DNA of 64,000 nt from Spirochaetia bacterium (GCA_963666985.2 CAXXIA010000002.1:704001-768000); one strand, 5' to 3'. Shown: positions 1-11,112, counted from the first letter of the stretch. The notes: generated from the letters alone by a model not told the origin. A program made the numbers and translations.

Positions 1-52
1 CCTGGATTCCTCCGCAAACCGCCGATAGACTCTACTGCGGAGGAAAGAAATA

Positions 53-2482
53 ATGAGGAGAATCACGTTCTCAGCTCTGCTCACGGTTCTTTTTATACCG
101 TTGACGGCAGGCACAATCGGAGCACAATCGGAGATTCGGTGGCACGAAACGCCCCGGGTCGGTATCGCCGTCGAAGATACGGCTTCCGCTCCGCTGGTGA
201 ATCTGGCGGCCGTCGGCGTCGGCAATTCGGCCGGACTCGGATGGTCGGGCTACTACGACGGGTCCGGAAATCCGGACAACACGTTTCACGCTTCTCTGGG
301 ACTCTTCAGCTATGCGCTGCGCCGCTTCGAGGGTGTAAACGACCATGAAATCGGCTTGGGATTTCCCATCGCCGACGGAATGTACCTCGGCTCCGGAGTC
401 AGGTGGATTCCCGGAGACGGAGCCGGCGTCAACGTCCATATGCTCTACCGGCCGGCCGATTGGCTCTCGGTGGGCGTGAAGGGCGAATCGCTCAACCAAG
501 GGCCCTGGATGGATTTCGGCGCGGCCCTGCGACCGCTCATGTTCAGCGATTATTGGCGCAGCCGATGCACCCTCTTTTACGACGGCCGTGTCAATCCTTC
601 CGGCGGATACGAGAACATCGCCGCGGGGCTCCGCGCCTCGCCGATCGACGGGATTGAACTCTACGGTCACTGGGATTTCCGATATGAAAAAATGGTGACC
701 GGAGTCAATTTTTCGTGGAACCGCCTTATGACCGGCGGTGAAATTACAGCTCTGGGCGATCAAGCCCTCTCCGAAGGAAATGCACAGCTGTTCGTCTCGG
801 CGAAAACCATGCGCGGATTCGGAGAAAACCGGAAGACGCTGGTGGTGTACGATACGGCGCAAATCATCACCGATACGCCGAGACTCTTCCGTGCGATGGG
901 AACCGATACCCCCAATCCCGGAGCGGTCCGCTCTCTATACGAATTTCTCTCGGATATCGAACTTCTTATACAGGCTCCGGAAGTGAACGCCGTGCTGTTC
1001 GACAGACAGGCCTTCATCACTTCTTTCTCAAACCTTGTGGAAATTGAAGCGGCTCTGAAGCGTCTGAAAGAAGCGGGAAAAGAAATTTACTTCTATGATG
1101 ATGTGATTCACAGCGGGAAATACGCCATGGCCGCCTCCGTGGCCGACGGCATCTTCATGAGTCCTCAAGGATACTTGGATATAAGCGGATTCGGCGTAAC
1201 CAAACTCTATTTTAAAGACCTCTTGGCCGAATACGGCGTGGACATCCGTAATTTCCGAAGCCACGACTATAAAACCGCCTACGATTTCCTTTCCGAATCA
1301 TCCATGAGCGATGCCCAAAGAGAATCTTTGGAATCGGTGTACGGCGAACTGCAGAACCTGATGGACGGAATGATTCTCGGCGGCCGGGCAAACAAGCTCT
1401 CCGGCGGATTGGAAGCACTCTATGAAGAAGGCTTTTGGATGTCCGCGGGCCGGGCGGAAAAAGCGGGCCTGATAGACACTCTGATGTACCCCGACCAACT
1501 GGAAGAATGGATGAAGGAAAAGCAGTGGAAAGTTGAGTTTTCCTCCAATTCACGCTGGAAGGCGAATCCCGAATGGCGACCGGTCTCCAGGCCCAATATC
1601 GCCGTGATCTATGCCAACGGCGGTATTTCCCAGGGTGAAGGCCGACGAAACGAAAGCATCGGTTCCGACAGTCTGGCCGCGGCGATCCGCGAGGCCCGTC
1701 TGAGTCCCTTCGTGGATGCCGTCGTTCTTCGCGTCAACTCCGGCGGCGGTTCCGCATTGGCCTCGGACCTGATTGCCCGTGAAGTGGCTCTGTGCATCGA
1801 TGGAGAGAACCCAAAACCCGTCGTGGTTTCCATGGGAGGAATGGCCGCCTCCGGCGGTTACATGATCTCGGCTCCCGCCTCCCGCATCATCGCGACTCCC
1901 GCAACCCTTACCGGTTCCATCGGCGTTATCGTCATCTTCCCGGACATTTCGGGCCTTCTGGAGAAATTCCATGTCGCCTCAAATCGGGTAACGGCCGAAG
2001 GCGCATCCGATACTCCCGATATTTTCCGGCCGCTTACTTCCGCCGAAGAAGAATATCTTCATAATTCGGTTATGGAACGCTACGATTCCTTCGTCGAACT
2101 CGTGGCGGACAACCGAAATCTGACCATTGAAGAGACGGACGCGGCGGCCCGGGGACGCGTCTGGACCGGGGCTCAAGCAAAGGAGAAAGGCCTTGTGGAC
2201 GAACTCGGAGGCCTCACCGAAGCCATTGAAGCCGCCCGAACACTCATCGGCGCCGAGAATGCGCGTATTCTGGAAATAAATCCCGGCCGAATGGGAGGCA
2301 TTATGCCCGGCATCGTTTCAAGTTTTCTGGGAACCGAACGCTCCGGAGCAAAGGATTTTCTTCCCGACGAACTGAACGATCTCTTGACGTTCTACGGAAA
2401 CCTTACCGAATACGATGAAGGCGAAGCACTCTTTCTGCTGCCCTACACTCTTAAGGAAATGGGCCTGGAAGAAACGAAATAA
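53..2482 (+). CDS. sppA: Signal peptide peptidase SppA (S49, tandem domains) with ~250-aa N-terminal extension
   Basis: 809-aa ORF, GGAGG RBS; motifs LRVNSGGGSALASD, SMGGMAASGGY, TGSIGV, GRVWTG, DYKTA; signal peptide. Confidence 0.9.
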   Translation: MRRITFSALLTVLFIPLTAGTIGAQSEIRWHETPRVGIAVEDTASAPLVNLAAVGVGNSAGLGWSGYYDGSGNPDNTFHASLGLFSYALRRFEGVNDHEIGLGFPIADGMYLGSGVRWIPGDGAGVNVHMLYRPADWLSVGVKGESLNQGPWMDFGAALRPLMFSDYWRSRCTLFYDGRVNPSGGYENIAAGLRASPIDGIELYGHWDFRYEKMVTGVNFSWNRLMTGGEITALGDQALSEGNAQLFVSAKTMRGFGENRKTLVVYDTAQIITDTPRLFRAMGTDTPNPGAVRSLYEFLSDIELLIQAPEVNAVLFDRQAFITSFSNLVEIEAALKRLKEAGKEIYFYDDVIHSGKYAMAASVADGIFMSPQGYLDISGFGVTKLYFKDLLAEYGVDIRNFRSHDYKTAYDFLSESSMSDAQRESLESVYGELQNLMDGMILGGRANKLSGGLEALYEEGFWMSAGRAEKAGLIDTLMYPDQLEEWMKEKQWKVEFSSNSRWKANPEWRPVSRPNIAVIYANGGISQGEGRRNESIGSDSLAAAIREARLSPFVDAVVLRVNSGGGSALASDLIAREVALCIDGENPKPVVVSMGGMAASGGYMISAPASRIIATPATLTGSIGVIVIFPDISGLLEKFHVASNRVTAEGASDTPDIFRPLTSAEEEYLHNSVMERYDSFVELVADNRNLTIEETDAAARGRVWTGAQAKEKGLVDELGGLTEAIEAARTLIGAENARILEINPGRMGGIMPGIVSSFLGTERSGAKDFLPDELNDLLTFYGNLTEYDEGEALFLLPYTLKEMGLEETK

Positions 2483-2494
2483 ACAGGACCTGAG

Positions 2495-2526
2495 CGGACA
2501 TCGGGCCGAAAGCGGCCCGATGTCCG
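2495..2526 (+). terminator. Perfect 14-bp stem-loop after sppA (possible terminator; weak U tract)
   Basis: CGGACATCGGGCCG-AAAG-CGGCCCGATGTCCG. Confidence 0.5.
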
Positions 2527-2667
2527 TATGTTCGATGCCGAACACCGAGACTCAGGGCAGCGGAGTCGAGGATTCACAGGAAGAGGCTTCTCGGTCCATT
2601 CTTATTGATCTGTTCTATATCTATCTCAATCAACACGATATAATTCGCATGAAAAAAAGGAGAAAGG

Positions 2668-3672
2668 ATGCCGTCAATACGAGATGTCGCGAAACGAGCC
2701 AATGTCTCCATTTCCACGGTTTCTCGTGTCATTACGAAAAGCGCTCCGGTTGATGAAGCGACAAAGGAACGAGTCGTATCGGCGATATCGGAAATAGGAT
2801 ACAGACCCAATATCATAGCTCAAAGTCTACGCTCGAAAAGCGGACAAATGATCGGGCTTCTAGTTCCCGGTCTGGGAAATCCGTCTTTTACCAGGCTTAT
2901 AGACTCCTTAGCCGGCGCCGCGAATTCTCATGGACTCGGTCTGATCATCGCAGATACGAAAAACGACCAGAAGCAGGAATCGGAAGCCATCGATATGATG
3001 CTGAGACGCAATGTGGACGGGATTATTCTCTCCCGCGTTTCCGATAAAAGCCAGGTCGTCAGACAGTTCATGAAGAACAAACAAAATTCGATTCCTTTGG
3101 TTGTCATCGACCGAGCACTGGCTCATGAAGGCATTCCGAATGTTGTGGCGGATAATTACGGTTCGGGTCTTCTTGCCGGCCGTCATTTGGTTTCCATCGG
3201 CTGTCGAAAGATCGCATGTGTCTGCGGTCCCAGAGTTATTTCCCTCGTACGCGACCGGATTTCAGGTTTTGCGGATGCTCTCAAAGAAAACGGGACGACC
3301 TTGGAAGAATCCATGATTTTCGAAGGAGATTTCACCTTTGATAGCGGAATAAAAATGGTGGAACAGATCCTCTCGAATCATATCGAAGTCGATGGAATCT
3401 GGTGCCACGACGACATTATTGCTCTCGGAGTTCTTTCCGCGCTTCAGCGCCGGGGCGTTCATGTCCCCGGCGACATCGCTCTGATGGGAATGGACGACAT
3501 CCAATATTCCCGAATGAGTTATCCGACTTTAACGACAATCGCCCAGCCTTTTACCGAAATGAGCGAAAAAGTCATCGAACTCATCGAAAGTATAAAAAAT
3601 GGGCAAAATCCTGAAAAGAAACATATAGTCTTGAATGTCAATCTCGTTAAAAGAGAATCGACGGCCCGCTGA
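2668..3672 (+). CDS. LacI-family transcriptional regulator
   Basis: SIRDVAKRANVSISTVSRV HTH; C-terminal LVKREST. Confidence 0.95.
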   Translation: MPSIRDVAKRANVSISTVSRVITKSAPVDEATKERVVSAISEIGYRPNIIAQSLRSKSGQMIGLLVPGLGNPSFTRLIDSLAGAANSHGLGLIIADTKNDQKQESEAIDMMLRRNVDGIILSRVSDKSQVVRQFMKNKQNSIPLVVIDRALAHEGIPNVVADNYGSGLLAGRHLVSIGCRKIACVCGPRVISLVRDRISGFADALKENGTTLEESMIFEGDFTFDSGIKMVEQILSNHIEVDGIWCHDDIIALGVLSALQRRGVHVPGDIALMGMDDIQYSRMSYPTLTTIAQPFTEMSEKVIELIESIKNGQNPEKKHIVLNVNLVKRESTAR

Positions 3673-3674
3673 TT

Positions 3675-4616
3675 TTATCCCTTCCCTGAGAAAAATGCGT
3701 CGAACGAAACAACGGTGATTAAAATCAATCCCTTAATAACATCCTGCCAGTTCGCTTGAACACCTAATATCAAGAGTGCATTAAAAAGCACTCCGATAAC
3801 GAGCATTCCGAGAAAGGTTTTAATGGCGCTTCCGCGCCCTCCCGACAAACTGGTACCCCCGATAACGACTGCGGCAACGACTGACATAGCCAAATCGTTT
3901 CCAAAAAGTGAGTTCCCGGAATTCAACCGGCACGCCATGATCATACCGGCGAAGGAAGTGACCAGACCGAGAATAACGAAAATGATGAACTTGTAATAAA
4001 CGACGTTAATTCCGGCCATTTTCGCAACATTCATATTCCCGCCGGTAGCGAAGAGATTCCTTCCGAATTTTGTATACTTCAGAACAATATGACTTACGGC
4101 GATAAACCCGAAAAACATATAAACGATATACGGAAGCCCCAGAAACGAACCGTTTCCGAGGTTGTACATTCCATCATGCACATAATTAATCGGCTTTCCG
4201 TTCGTGTAGAAAAGAGCCAGTCCTTTCAGCGACACCATAAGGCTTAAAGTGGCGACGAACGCACTGATTTTCACCCGGGAAACAAGGAATCCGTTGATAA
4301 CACCGACAAGCGCGCCAATCAATAATGAAGCGGCAACGGCGGCGATGAAACCATAATTTTTAGCCATATCGATGAAGACAATCGTCACGACGGCCAGGAG
4401 AGAACCGACGCTCAAATCGAATTCACCGCAGATTATCGCGAACGTCATGGCGCAGGCGACGATTCCGTATATTGAAACCTGCGTCAGGATATTGATGATG
4501 TTGGAAACCGTCAGAAAGGATTTCGAAAGAATACTCATAATCAGCACAAGCCCGATGAGGGCCAGCACGACAATGTTGTTTTTGATCGTATTGAGAATCG
4601 AGGCTTTTTCAAGCAT
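3675..4616 (-). CDS. Monosaccharide ABC transporter permease (RbsC-like)
   Basis: FDLSVGS, FGRNLFATGGN, AAVVIGGTSLSGGRG. Confidence 0.93.
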   Translation of the reverse strand: MLEKASILNTIKNNIVVLALIGLVLIMSILSKSFLTVSNIINILTQVSIYGIVACAMTFAIICGEFDLSVGSLLAVVTIVFIDMAKNYGFIAAVAASLLIGALVGVINGFLVSRVKISAFVATLSLMVSLKGLALFYTNGKPINYVHDGMYNLGNGSFLGLPYIVYMFFGFIAVSHIVLKYTKFGRNLFATGGNMNVAKMAGINVVYYKFIIFVILGLVTSFAGMIMACRLNSGNSLFGNDLAMSVVAAVVIGGTSLSGGRGSAIKTFLGMLVIGVLFNALLILGVQANWQDVIKGLILITVVSFDAFFSGKG

Positions 4617-5616
4617 TCTTCAGAATCTCCTTCCCCTCTGAAATCGAACGATTCCACATATCCAAACTTACCGCGGCCGCAATAACGATGCCTTTAATAA
4701 TCATCTGAGGATAAGAGGTTACATTCATGATATTCAAAGCGTTTCCAAGTACTCCGATAACGATAACTCCCATGAGTGTATTCAAGAAAGTTCCGCTTCC
4801 ACCGCTCATACTGATACCGCCGACAACAACGGCCGCGATGGCATCCAGTTCGTAGCCGACGCCCGCGGTCGGATTGGCCGCGGCGACTCGCGAAGGAAGG
4901 ACGATTCCCGCCAAGGCGGCGATGGCACCGCTCAAAGTAAAAATTAAAACCCTATATCGACCGATATTAATCCCGGAAAGCTTCGCCGCTTCAGGGTTGG
5001 CGCCGAGAAAATAAATATTTCTTCCGAATGTCGTGCGTTTAATAAAAACCTGACAAATCAGTATCAGCGCAAGGAAAATAACAATGGGGTTGGCTCCTTT
5101 TCCGATACGGCTGAAAAAGCCGAATGTATCGCTCATAAGGAACAGACCGCCTGAAACGATCATAGCCAATCCCGCAAGCGCCGTCTGTGCTCCATAGGTT
5201 ACCATGAATGATTCGCCGAGACGTCCGTTGATTCGGGCCATAACCAGCCCGATTAAAAAACCGAAAAGGGCCCCGAGCATAAGAGCCATGATTATTCCCG
5301 GAAAATCACCGAACCGCTTCACCATCTTAATCACCACAATACCGGTAATGGAAATAACGGATCCTACGGACAAATCAATACAGCCGGTAATGATTACAAA
5401 CGTCATACCGCACGCCAAAATCCCTATTACGGAAACCTGATTCAGCACGTTCCGTATGTTTTGGAAAGAAATAAAACGCGGCTCGATGAAAGCGGCAACG
5501 ATAATAAGAATGATTAAGGCCACGATAAGTGCGTATTTGCGGAGAATCCCCACAATTCGATCGAGGTAATCATACGATTGAACCGACTTTTTCGGCGACA
5601 CTGTACTGGATTTCAC
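4609..5616 (-). CDS. Monosaccharide ABC transporter permease (RbsC-like)
   Basis: IDLSVGS, YELDAIAAVVVGG; GTG start with GAGGAG RBS. Confidence 0.93.
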   Translation of the reverse strand: MKSSTVSPKKSVQSYDYLDRIVGILRKYALIVALIILIIVAAFIEPRFISFQNIRNVLNQVSVIGILACGMTFVIITGCIDLSVGSVISITGIVVIKMVKRFGDFPGIIMALMLGALFGFLIGLVMARINGRLGESFMVTYGAQTALAGLAMIVSGGLFLMSDTFGFFSRIGKGANPIVIFLALILICQVFIKRTTFGRNIYFLGANPEAAKLSGINIGRYRVLIFTLSGAIAALAGIVLPSRVAAANPTAGVGYELDAIAAVVVGGISMSGGSGTFLNTLMGVIVIGVLGNALNIMNVTSYPQMIIKGIVIAAAVSLDMWNRSISEGKEILKNA

Positions 5617-5632
5617 TGCCCGCTCCTCATCT

Positions 5633-7123
5633 TCAGCCTATAGCCATTTCCATAAGAATCTCAGGCGTGGCTTTATCTTTGTCGACACATCCCTTCAAAC
5701 GGCCCTCATGCATAACGAGGATACGATCGCTCAGAGCGAAAATCTCAGGCAGTTCCGAAGATATCATGATGATCGATTTCCCCCGCTTCACCAATTCGTT
5801 CATCAAAACGTAAATTTCAAACTTCGCGCCGACATCAATTCCTCTGGTCGGTTCATCCAGAATTAGGATATCCGCATCGGCATGAAGCCATTTCGAAAGA
5901 ACCACCTTTTGCTGATTTCCTCCGCTCAGATTCTGAACCTTCTGAAAAATAGAAGGAGTTTTAATTCCGAGTTCTTTGACATAATGTTCGGCGATTGATT
6001 GTTCTTTCCGCCGATTCAGGAATATTTTCCCGGAAACGACTTTTGATAGATTTGTAACGGAAATGTTCCGGCTCACATTAAAATCGACGGCTAAGCCCTC
6101 TTCTTTTCGGTCTTCGGGGACAAGTCCCAAAGAATTGTGTTTCGCGAGAACCGTCGAATGGAATTTCACATTCCGCCCATTAATGGACATTGTTCCCTTT
6201 TCCACCTTATCGGCTCCGAAAATTGCACGCGCGACTTCCGTTCTGCCGGATCCCACCAGGCCGGAGATTCCGAGGATTTCTCCTTTCCGCAAGGAAAAAC
6301 TGATATCCCGCAAAAAGCCGGGAGTGAAGAGATCCTTGACTTCCAACACCGCATCTCCGGGAGAATAGTCCCGAGGAGGGAATTCCACGTCGATCTTCCG
6401 ACCTACCATCTTCTCGATAATTTCCGTTCTTGAAGTATCAGAAACATCCGTCGTATCAATGACGCGTCCGTCGCGCAGTACCGTCACCTTTTGGCAAATC
6501 TGGAAGATTTCCTCCAAACGATGGGAAATATAAATAACAGTAATTCCATGCCGTTCAAGGTTTCTGATGATATTGAAAAGCTTATCAATCTCATTACTTG
6601 TAAGGGTGGCCGTCGGTTCATCCATTACCAAGATTTTTGAATCAATGAGCAAGGCTTTGGCAATTTCCACCATCTGCTTTTCGGCGATACTGAGCCGGCC
6701 GACGGGAACGTCGACATCAAGAGCGAAATCAAGACCGTCCAAAAAAGAAACGAACTTCCGGCGCTGTTCCTTCCATTTAACAAATCCAAAACGATCGGTC
6801 GTCAATCTTCCAAGAAACGCATTTTCAACGGCCGAGAGAGTAGGAACAAGATTCAATTCCTGGAATATCAAACTGATTCCCGCTGCCGCGGCATCTCGGG
6901 TGTTCCCCATGACGACCGGCTCACCGTCAATGCGAATCGTTCCTTCATCCGGACGGTAAACACCGTCGAGAATCTTCATAAGAGTGGATTTGCCCGCTCC
7001 GTTCTCGCCGACCAAACCATGAACGCTCCCTTTTTCCACGCGGAAGGTTACGTCCTGCAACGCCTTGACTCCGCCGACAAAGGTTTTCGAAATATGCACC
7101 ATTTCCAAAGTCGTTTCGTTCAT
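5633..7123 (-). CDS. Monosaccharide ABC transporter ATPase (RbsA/MglA-like)
   Basis: GENGAGKST, LSGGNQQK, DEPTRGIDVGAK; start moved to ATG 7123. Confidence 0.95.
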   Translation of the reverse strand: MNETTLEMVHISKTFVGGVKALQDVTFRVEKGSVHGLVGENGAGKSTLMKILDGVYRPDEGTIRIDGEPVVMGNTRDAAAAGISLIFQELNLVPTLSAVENAFLGRLTTDRFGFVKWKEQRRKFVSFLDGLDFALDVDVPVGRLSIAEKQMVEIAKALLIDSKILVMDEPTATLTSNEIDKLFNIIRNLERHGITVIYISHRLEEIFQICQKVTVLRDGRVIDTTDVSDTSRTEIIEKMVGRKIDVEFPPRDYSPGDAVLEVKDLFTPGFLRDISFSLRKGEILGISGLVGSGRTEVARAIFGADKVEKGTMSINGRNVKFHSTVLAKHNSLGLVPEDRKEEGLAVDFNVSRNISVTNLSKVVSGKIFLNRRKEQSIAEHYVKELGIKTPSIFQKVQNLSGGNQQKVVLSKWLHADADILILDEPTRGIDVGAKFEIYVLMNELVKRGKSIIMISSELPEIFALSDRILVMHEGRLKGCVDKDKATPEILMEMAIG

Positions 7124-7142
7124 CAGATCCTGCCAAAAAACA

Positions 7143-7170
7143 GCCGGGAAAACCGTGAGGTTTCCCCGGC
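7143..7170 (-). other. Stem-loop after binding-protein gene (probable mRNA-stabilising hairpin)
   Basis: GCCGGGAAAACC-GTGA-GGTTTCCCCGGC; similar hairpins follow the binding-protein genes at ~20089 and ~40382. Confidence 0.5.
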
Positions 7171-7196
7171 ATGCTCTCAATTATAAGCTTGGCCGA

Positions 7197-8150
7197 TTAC
7201 CAGCCGAAGCCCCTCCATTCCTCAAGGTTCTCACGAGTAACAAACGGAGAAGAGCACTTCACCCATTTATCGACGGGCTGTCCGGTTAAAAGCTTATGAA
7301 TGGCTTCAACACCGAACTGTCCTTCTTCTTTGGCCGAGTGAAGAACCGAACCGTAAAGGGTGCCGGCTTCTATAGCCGCACAGCCGACGTTGTTGGCGCC
7401 CGTTGAAATACCGACAATGTCATCCAGTAATCCGGCCGCTTCCATAGCCTGGGAAGCACCTTGATAAATACCGTCGTCATGAGTATACAAGAGATCAATA
7501 TCGTCACCGTATTTCGTGATGTAATCCTGCATAATGTTCATGGCTTTCGCAGGATCCCAACCGTCGACGGTCTGTGTTTGCAGAATCTTGATATCCGGAT
7601 ACTTCTTTACGATATTCATGAAGCCCTGCTGCCTGTTTCGAGCCGGGTCGGTTCCGGCGGCCCCTTCGAGAATAACGACATTCCCTTTCCCTCCGAGAAC
7701 ATCAACGGCGGCCTGACCGCAAATCTCTCCCATTTTCACATTATCGGGACCGACGAATACGGGAACCGTATCCATAACCGAAGGATCGACCATGGAATCA
7801 AGAACAATATAAGTAATACCGGATTCATTCAGTCTCTTAACCACGGCGACACTCGATTCCTTATCGGCCGGGAAATAAATAACACCATTATAACCTTGGG
7901 TAATGGCGTTGTTTACCTGATCCAGCTGAACTTGGGCATCGGCTTTTCCGTCGACAATATCCAACTTGATGCCTAAGCTCTTGGCGGTTTCGGTTGCGGC
8001 GGCATTCAGAGGCGCGCAAAACGGAGCCGTATTAAAAGCATTCGTGAACAGAACACGATATTCCGCATCACCGGCGCTCTCTTTATCTCCCCCCGCGAAT
8101 AAGACCGCTCCGATCAGAACGAGGACCATTAACAGAAAACCTTTTTTCAT
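7197..8150 (-). CDS. Sugar ABC transporter substrate-binding protein (RbsB-like)
   Basis: Signal peptide ending LFAGG; VGPDN, LEGAAG, R..GF pattern; first gene of ABC operon. Confidence 0.9.
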   Translation of the reverse strand: MKKGFLLMVLVLIGAVLFAGGDKESAGDAEYRVLFTNAFNTAPFCAPLNAAATETAKSLGIKLDIVDGKADAQVQLDQVNNAITQGYNGVIYFPADKESSVAVVKRLNESGITYIVLDSMVDPSVMDTVPVFVGPDNVKMGEICGQAAVDVLGGKGNVVILEGAAGTDPARNRQQGFMNIVKKYPDIKILQTQTVDGWDPAKAMNIMQDYITKYGDDIDLLYTHDDGIYQGASQAMEAAGLLDDIVGISTGANNVGCAAIEAGTLYGSVLHSAKEEGQFGVEAIHKLLTGQPVDKWVKCSSPFVTRENLEEWRGFGW

Positions 8151-8251
8151 AACTCCCCCTTTAAGGAAAATAACCTTCCGCGTTTTCTAAAAGACAAATC
8201 CCTGAAGAACAGCCGATTTGGGATGATTCGGCTGGACATCAGCCGCTTCGC

Positions 8252-8299
8252 GAAAACGTTTTCATGGATGATAGTAAATCTGCAAAATTCCGTTGTCAA
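8252..8299 (-). promoter_or_regulatory. Sigma70 promoter of ABC operon with LacI-type operator near +1
   Basis: Minus strand TTGACA (8299-8294), 17 bp, TACTAT (8276-8271); palindrome GAAAACGTTTTC 8252-8263. Confidence 0.8.
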
Positions 8300-8424
8300 G
8301 CTTTAATTTATCCAAAGTAGAAACTGAAACTCAAAGGAGGAGAAATTTCTTGAAACCAAAAGAGAAGATATATACAAAACACCATACAGGAAGGAAATAA
8401 GTTCAATTGCATTAAGTTTCCCGC

Positions 8425-9558
8425 TTAATCAATATCAACCCATCGTCTCGATTTCGCCGAAGCCAATACGGCCTCGCAGACTTTCTGCGTTTCAAGAGCG
8501 TCCCGAAAAGTCGGACCGGCAGGTTTATTCGCGGCAATGCCGCCGAAGAAATCGGCAAGCTGATGGACGAAAGTACTCTCGTAGCCGATTTGCAGACCGG
8601 GAACCCACCAATGGTCCATGTACGGATGCTTGCCGTCGGTTACATGAATGGACTTCCAACCGCGGACGATATCTTCATCTTCATGGTCAAACCAGGAAAG
8701 TCTGTTCATGTCATGCAAATCCCAAGCGATAGAGGCGTCCTCACCATTTATTTCGAATGTATACAGAGCCTTATGTCCGCGGGCATAACGTGTTGATTCA
8801 AAAACGGCAATTGATCCATTCTCGAACCGTGCCAGGAAAGCGCAAGCATCATCGATTCCAACCGGTCTCATTTCTCCGGTATCCGCATCGGCCCGCTCCT
8901 TAATAAACGTCTCGGTCATGGCGCTCACTTCACGAATAGGACCGTTGAGCCAAAGAGCCGTATCGATGCAATGGGCCAGAAGGTCTCCTGTTACGCCGCT
9001 TCCCGAAATAGTCGAATCCATGCGCCACTGAGAATCACCGCCCTGCGGCACATCGGCGGAAATCGTCCAATCCTGGAGAAAATTCGCCCGATAGTGAAAA
9101 ATCCGTCCGAGCTTCTCTTCGTCTATAAGGTTTTTCGCCAGACAAACGGCCGGAATGCGTCGGTAATTGAACGACACCAGATTGGAAACTCCGGCATTTT
9201 CAACCGCTTCCACCATTCGCCGCCCTTGAGCGACATCCATAGCAAGCGGCTTTTCGCAGATAATCATTTTCCCCGCTTCCGCGGCGGCGATTGCGATATC
9301 CGCATGAAGGTTGTTGGGTGTGCAGATATCAATCAAATCGATATCGTCGCGTTCGACGATACGGCGCCAATCGGTTTCAATCGATTCATAGCCCCATCGG
9401 GATGCAAACTCCCGAACATGCGCTTCATTCCGGGAACAAGCGGCTTTTAAAACAGGCATGCGGTCCAAATCAAAAAATCGGCCGACGCGTAAATAAGCGT
9501 CCGAATGGGCTCGACTCATAAAGCCCCGGCCGATCATTCCGACATTGATGGTCTTCAT
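8425..9558 (-). CDS. Gfo/Idh/MocA family oxidoreductase
   Basis: [32 protein letters not shown]; start at ATG 9558 after GAGGAG. Confidence 0.92.
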   Translation of the reverse strand: MKTINVGMIGRGFMSRAHSDAYLRVGRFFDLDRMPVLKAACSRNEAHVREFASRWGYESIETDWRRIVERDDIDLIDICTPNNLHADIAIAAAEAGKMIICEKPLAMDVAQGRRMVEAVENAGVSNLVSFNYRRIPAVCLAKNLIDEEKLGRIFHYRANFLQDWTISADVPQGGDSQWRMDSTISGSGVTGDLLAHCIDTALWLNGPIREVSAMTETFIKERADADTGEMRPVGIDDACAFLARFENGSIAVFESTRYARGHKALYTFEINGEDASIAWDLHDMNRLSWFDHEDEDIVRGWKSIHVTDGKHPYMDHWWVPGLQIGYESTFVHQLADFFGGIAANKPAGPTFRDALETQKVCEAVLASAKSRRWVDID

Positions 9559-9832
9559 AACAGTACTCCTCATCTTCAAATTTTTGCCGTAACGCACCGA
9601 TCACGAGTTCCGTACATTCCTCTCCCGAAATCGCATGCGGTTCTTTCGGCAAACAACATCGAACCCATAGTGCGTCAAGGCACATAGCAGGTCAAGAATG
9701 CTTTTCATCGGAAGATACGCCTACCGACAAATATGAGATGTTTAATAAATATCTAATAGATAAGGATTTGTTTCTCTGATAATCATCCGGACGGCCGCGG
9801 GATTCGTGAATTGAATCCAAATCCGGAAAAAC

Positions 9833-10765
9833 TTATAACGCGGAAGGGCGCCGAATCACCGCTCTGGCGTCCGTTCCCCGGCCGGGTTCCGAAACAAGGG
9901 TAAAGTCATCGGAAACCCTCTTAACGTTCGGCAGTCCCATACCGGCGCCGAATCCCAAGGAACGAATCCACTCGTTGGCCGTGGAGAATCCTTCCTCAAG
10001 CGCTTTATCCACATCCGGGATTCCGGGACCGCTGTCGGAAGATCTGATGGTGATCTTCTCATCATCCATCCGGAACTCCATTTTCCCGCCGGTGGAATGA
10101 ACCACCAAGTTCATCTCCAGCTCGTAACAGGCCACGGCCGCACGGCGGACCGTTTCTCTGTCGAGTCCCTGTCCTTTGAGAATCTTCTTAATCTCCGTAG
10201 AAGCCCGGCCGGCGTTCTCAAAATCATAAGCGACAATATAGAACTGCCGTGAATTCACCCCTTGCCCCTCCGGAGTATTCCTGTTGAGCTCGTCTTCCAG
10301 ACTTTCGACAATACGATTGACTTCCCGTAAAAGCGTTGTGTTGATATCGCGAATGGTGATGATGCCGGAGAGCTCGCGGTCTTTGTTCAATACGGGGAAA
10401 CGGCCGAAACGGAATTTATTGAAATAATTCACGGCGAAGGAAAGGGGCATATCGTCCTCCAGCACTTTGAGGGAACGCGTCATATGCCTTTCAGCCGGTT
10501 CGTCGATCGTTCCTTCGTCAAAAGCGGTGAGAATATCATGCATGCTCACCAGCCCCAAAAGCCGTTTATCCTCCACGATGGGAACCCCGGTAATATTCTC
10601 TGCCTTCATCCGATGCTGAATCGTCCGGAGAGATTCCGTCTTCGAAGCGGTGATAACCTTTCGAGACATTACGTCCTTGATTTTAAGACGAAAAATGAGC
10701 TCGGTCAGAACCGACGGAATATTTTGAGAATCGAAGGAAACCGGACGACGATTCGGATCGGACAC
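9833..10765 (-). CDS. CBS-pair + RsbT/anti-sigma-type Ser/Thr kinase domain protein
   Basis: Tandem CBS repeats then ELEMN, DSGPGIPD, GFSTA, GFGAGMGLPN. Confidence 0.85.
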   Translation of the reverse strand: MSDPNRRPVSFDSQNIPSVLTELIFRLKIKDVMSRKVITASKTESLRTIQHRMKAENITGVPIVEDKRLLGLVSMHDILTAFDEGTIDEPAERHMTRSLKVLEDDMPLSFAVNYFNKFRFGRFPVLNKDRELSGIITIRDINTTLLREVNRIVESLEDELNRNTPEGQGVNSRQFYIVAYDFENAGRASTEIKKILKGQGLDRETVRRAAVACYELEMNLVVHSTGGKMEFRMDDEKITIRSSDSGPGIPDVDKALEEGFSTANEWIRSLGFGAGMGLPNVKRVSDDFTLVSEPGRGTDARAVIRRPSAL

Positions 10766-10767
10766 CG

Positions 10768-11112
10768 TTACCGATCCCCGTTAAGAAGGGAGTGCAGGAT
10801 CGCGCAGGCTTCGAACATCGACTGCGCGGTATTCAGCAGAGTAATTCCCATATCTCCGGCCAAAATCTTCATTGCCTGAGTCGGTTCCTTCTCATTAACC
10901 AGAACCACTCCGACGGCGTCCACCATGTCGGCCGTCCGCAGAACCTGTTCGGAATTCAGAGAAGTAACCAGAAGCATTTTCTCAAGATCAAAAACCAGAA
11001 CTTCGCTCATAAGATCACCGGCGGTGACGTTTCGTACATCCACATCGGAGAAATCTTTACCGCGATTGTATTCCTTGCAGTTAAGGGCCCGGCAGATCTC
11101 GGGAAAATGCAT
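10768..11112 (-). CDS. DRTGG-domain protein
   Basis: GDLMSEVL, LLVTSL, QVLRTA, SMFEAC. Confidence 0.8.
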   Translation of the reverse strand: MHFPEICRALNCKEYNRGKDFSDVDVRNVTAGDLMSEVLVFDLEKMLLVTSLNSEQVLRTADMVDAVGVVLVNEKEPTQAMKILAGDMGITLLNTAQSMFEACAILHSLLNGDR

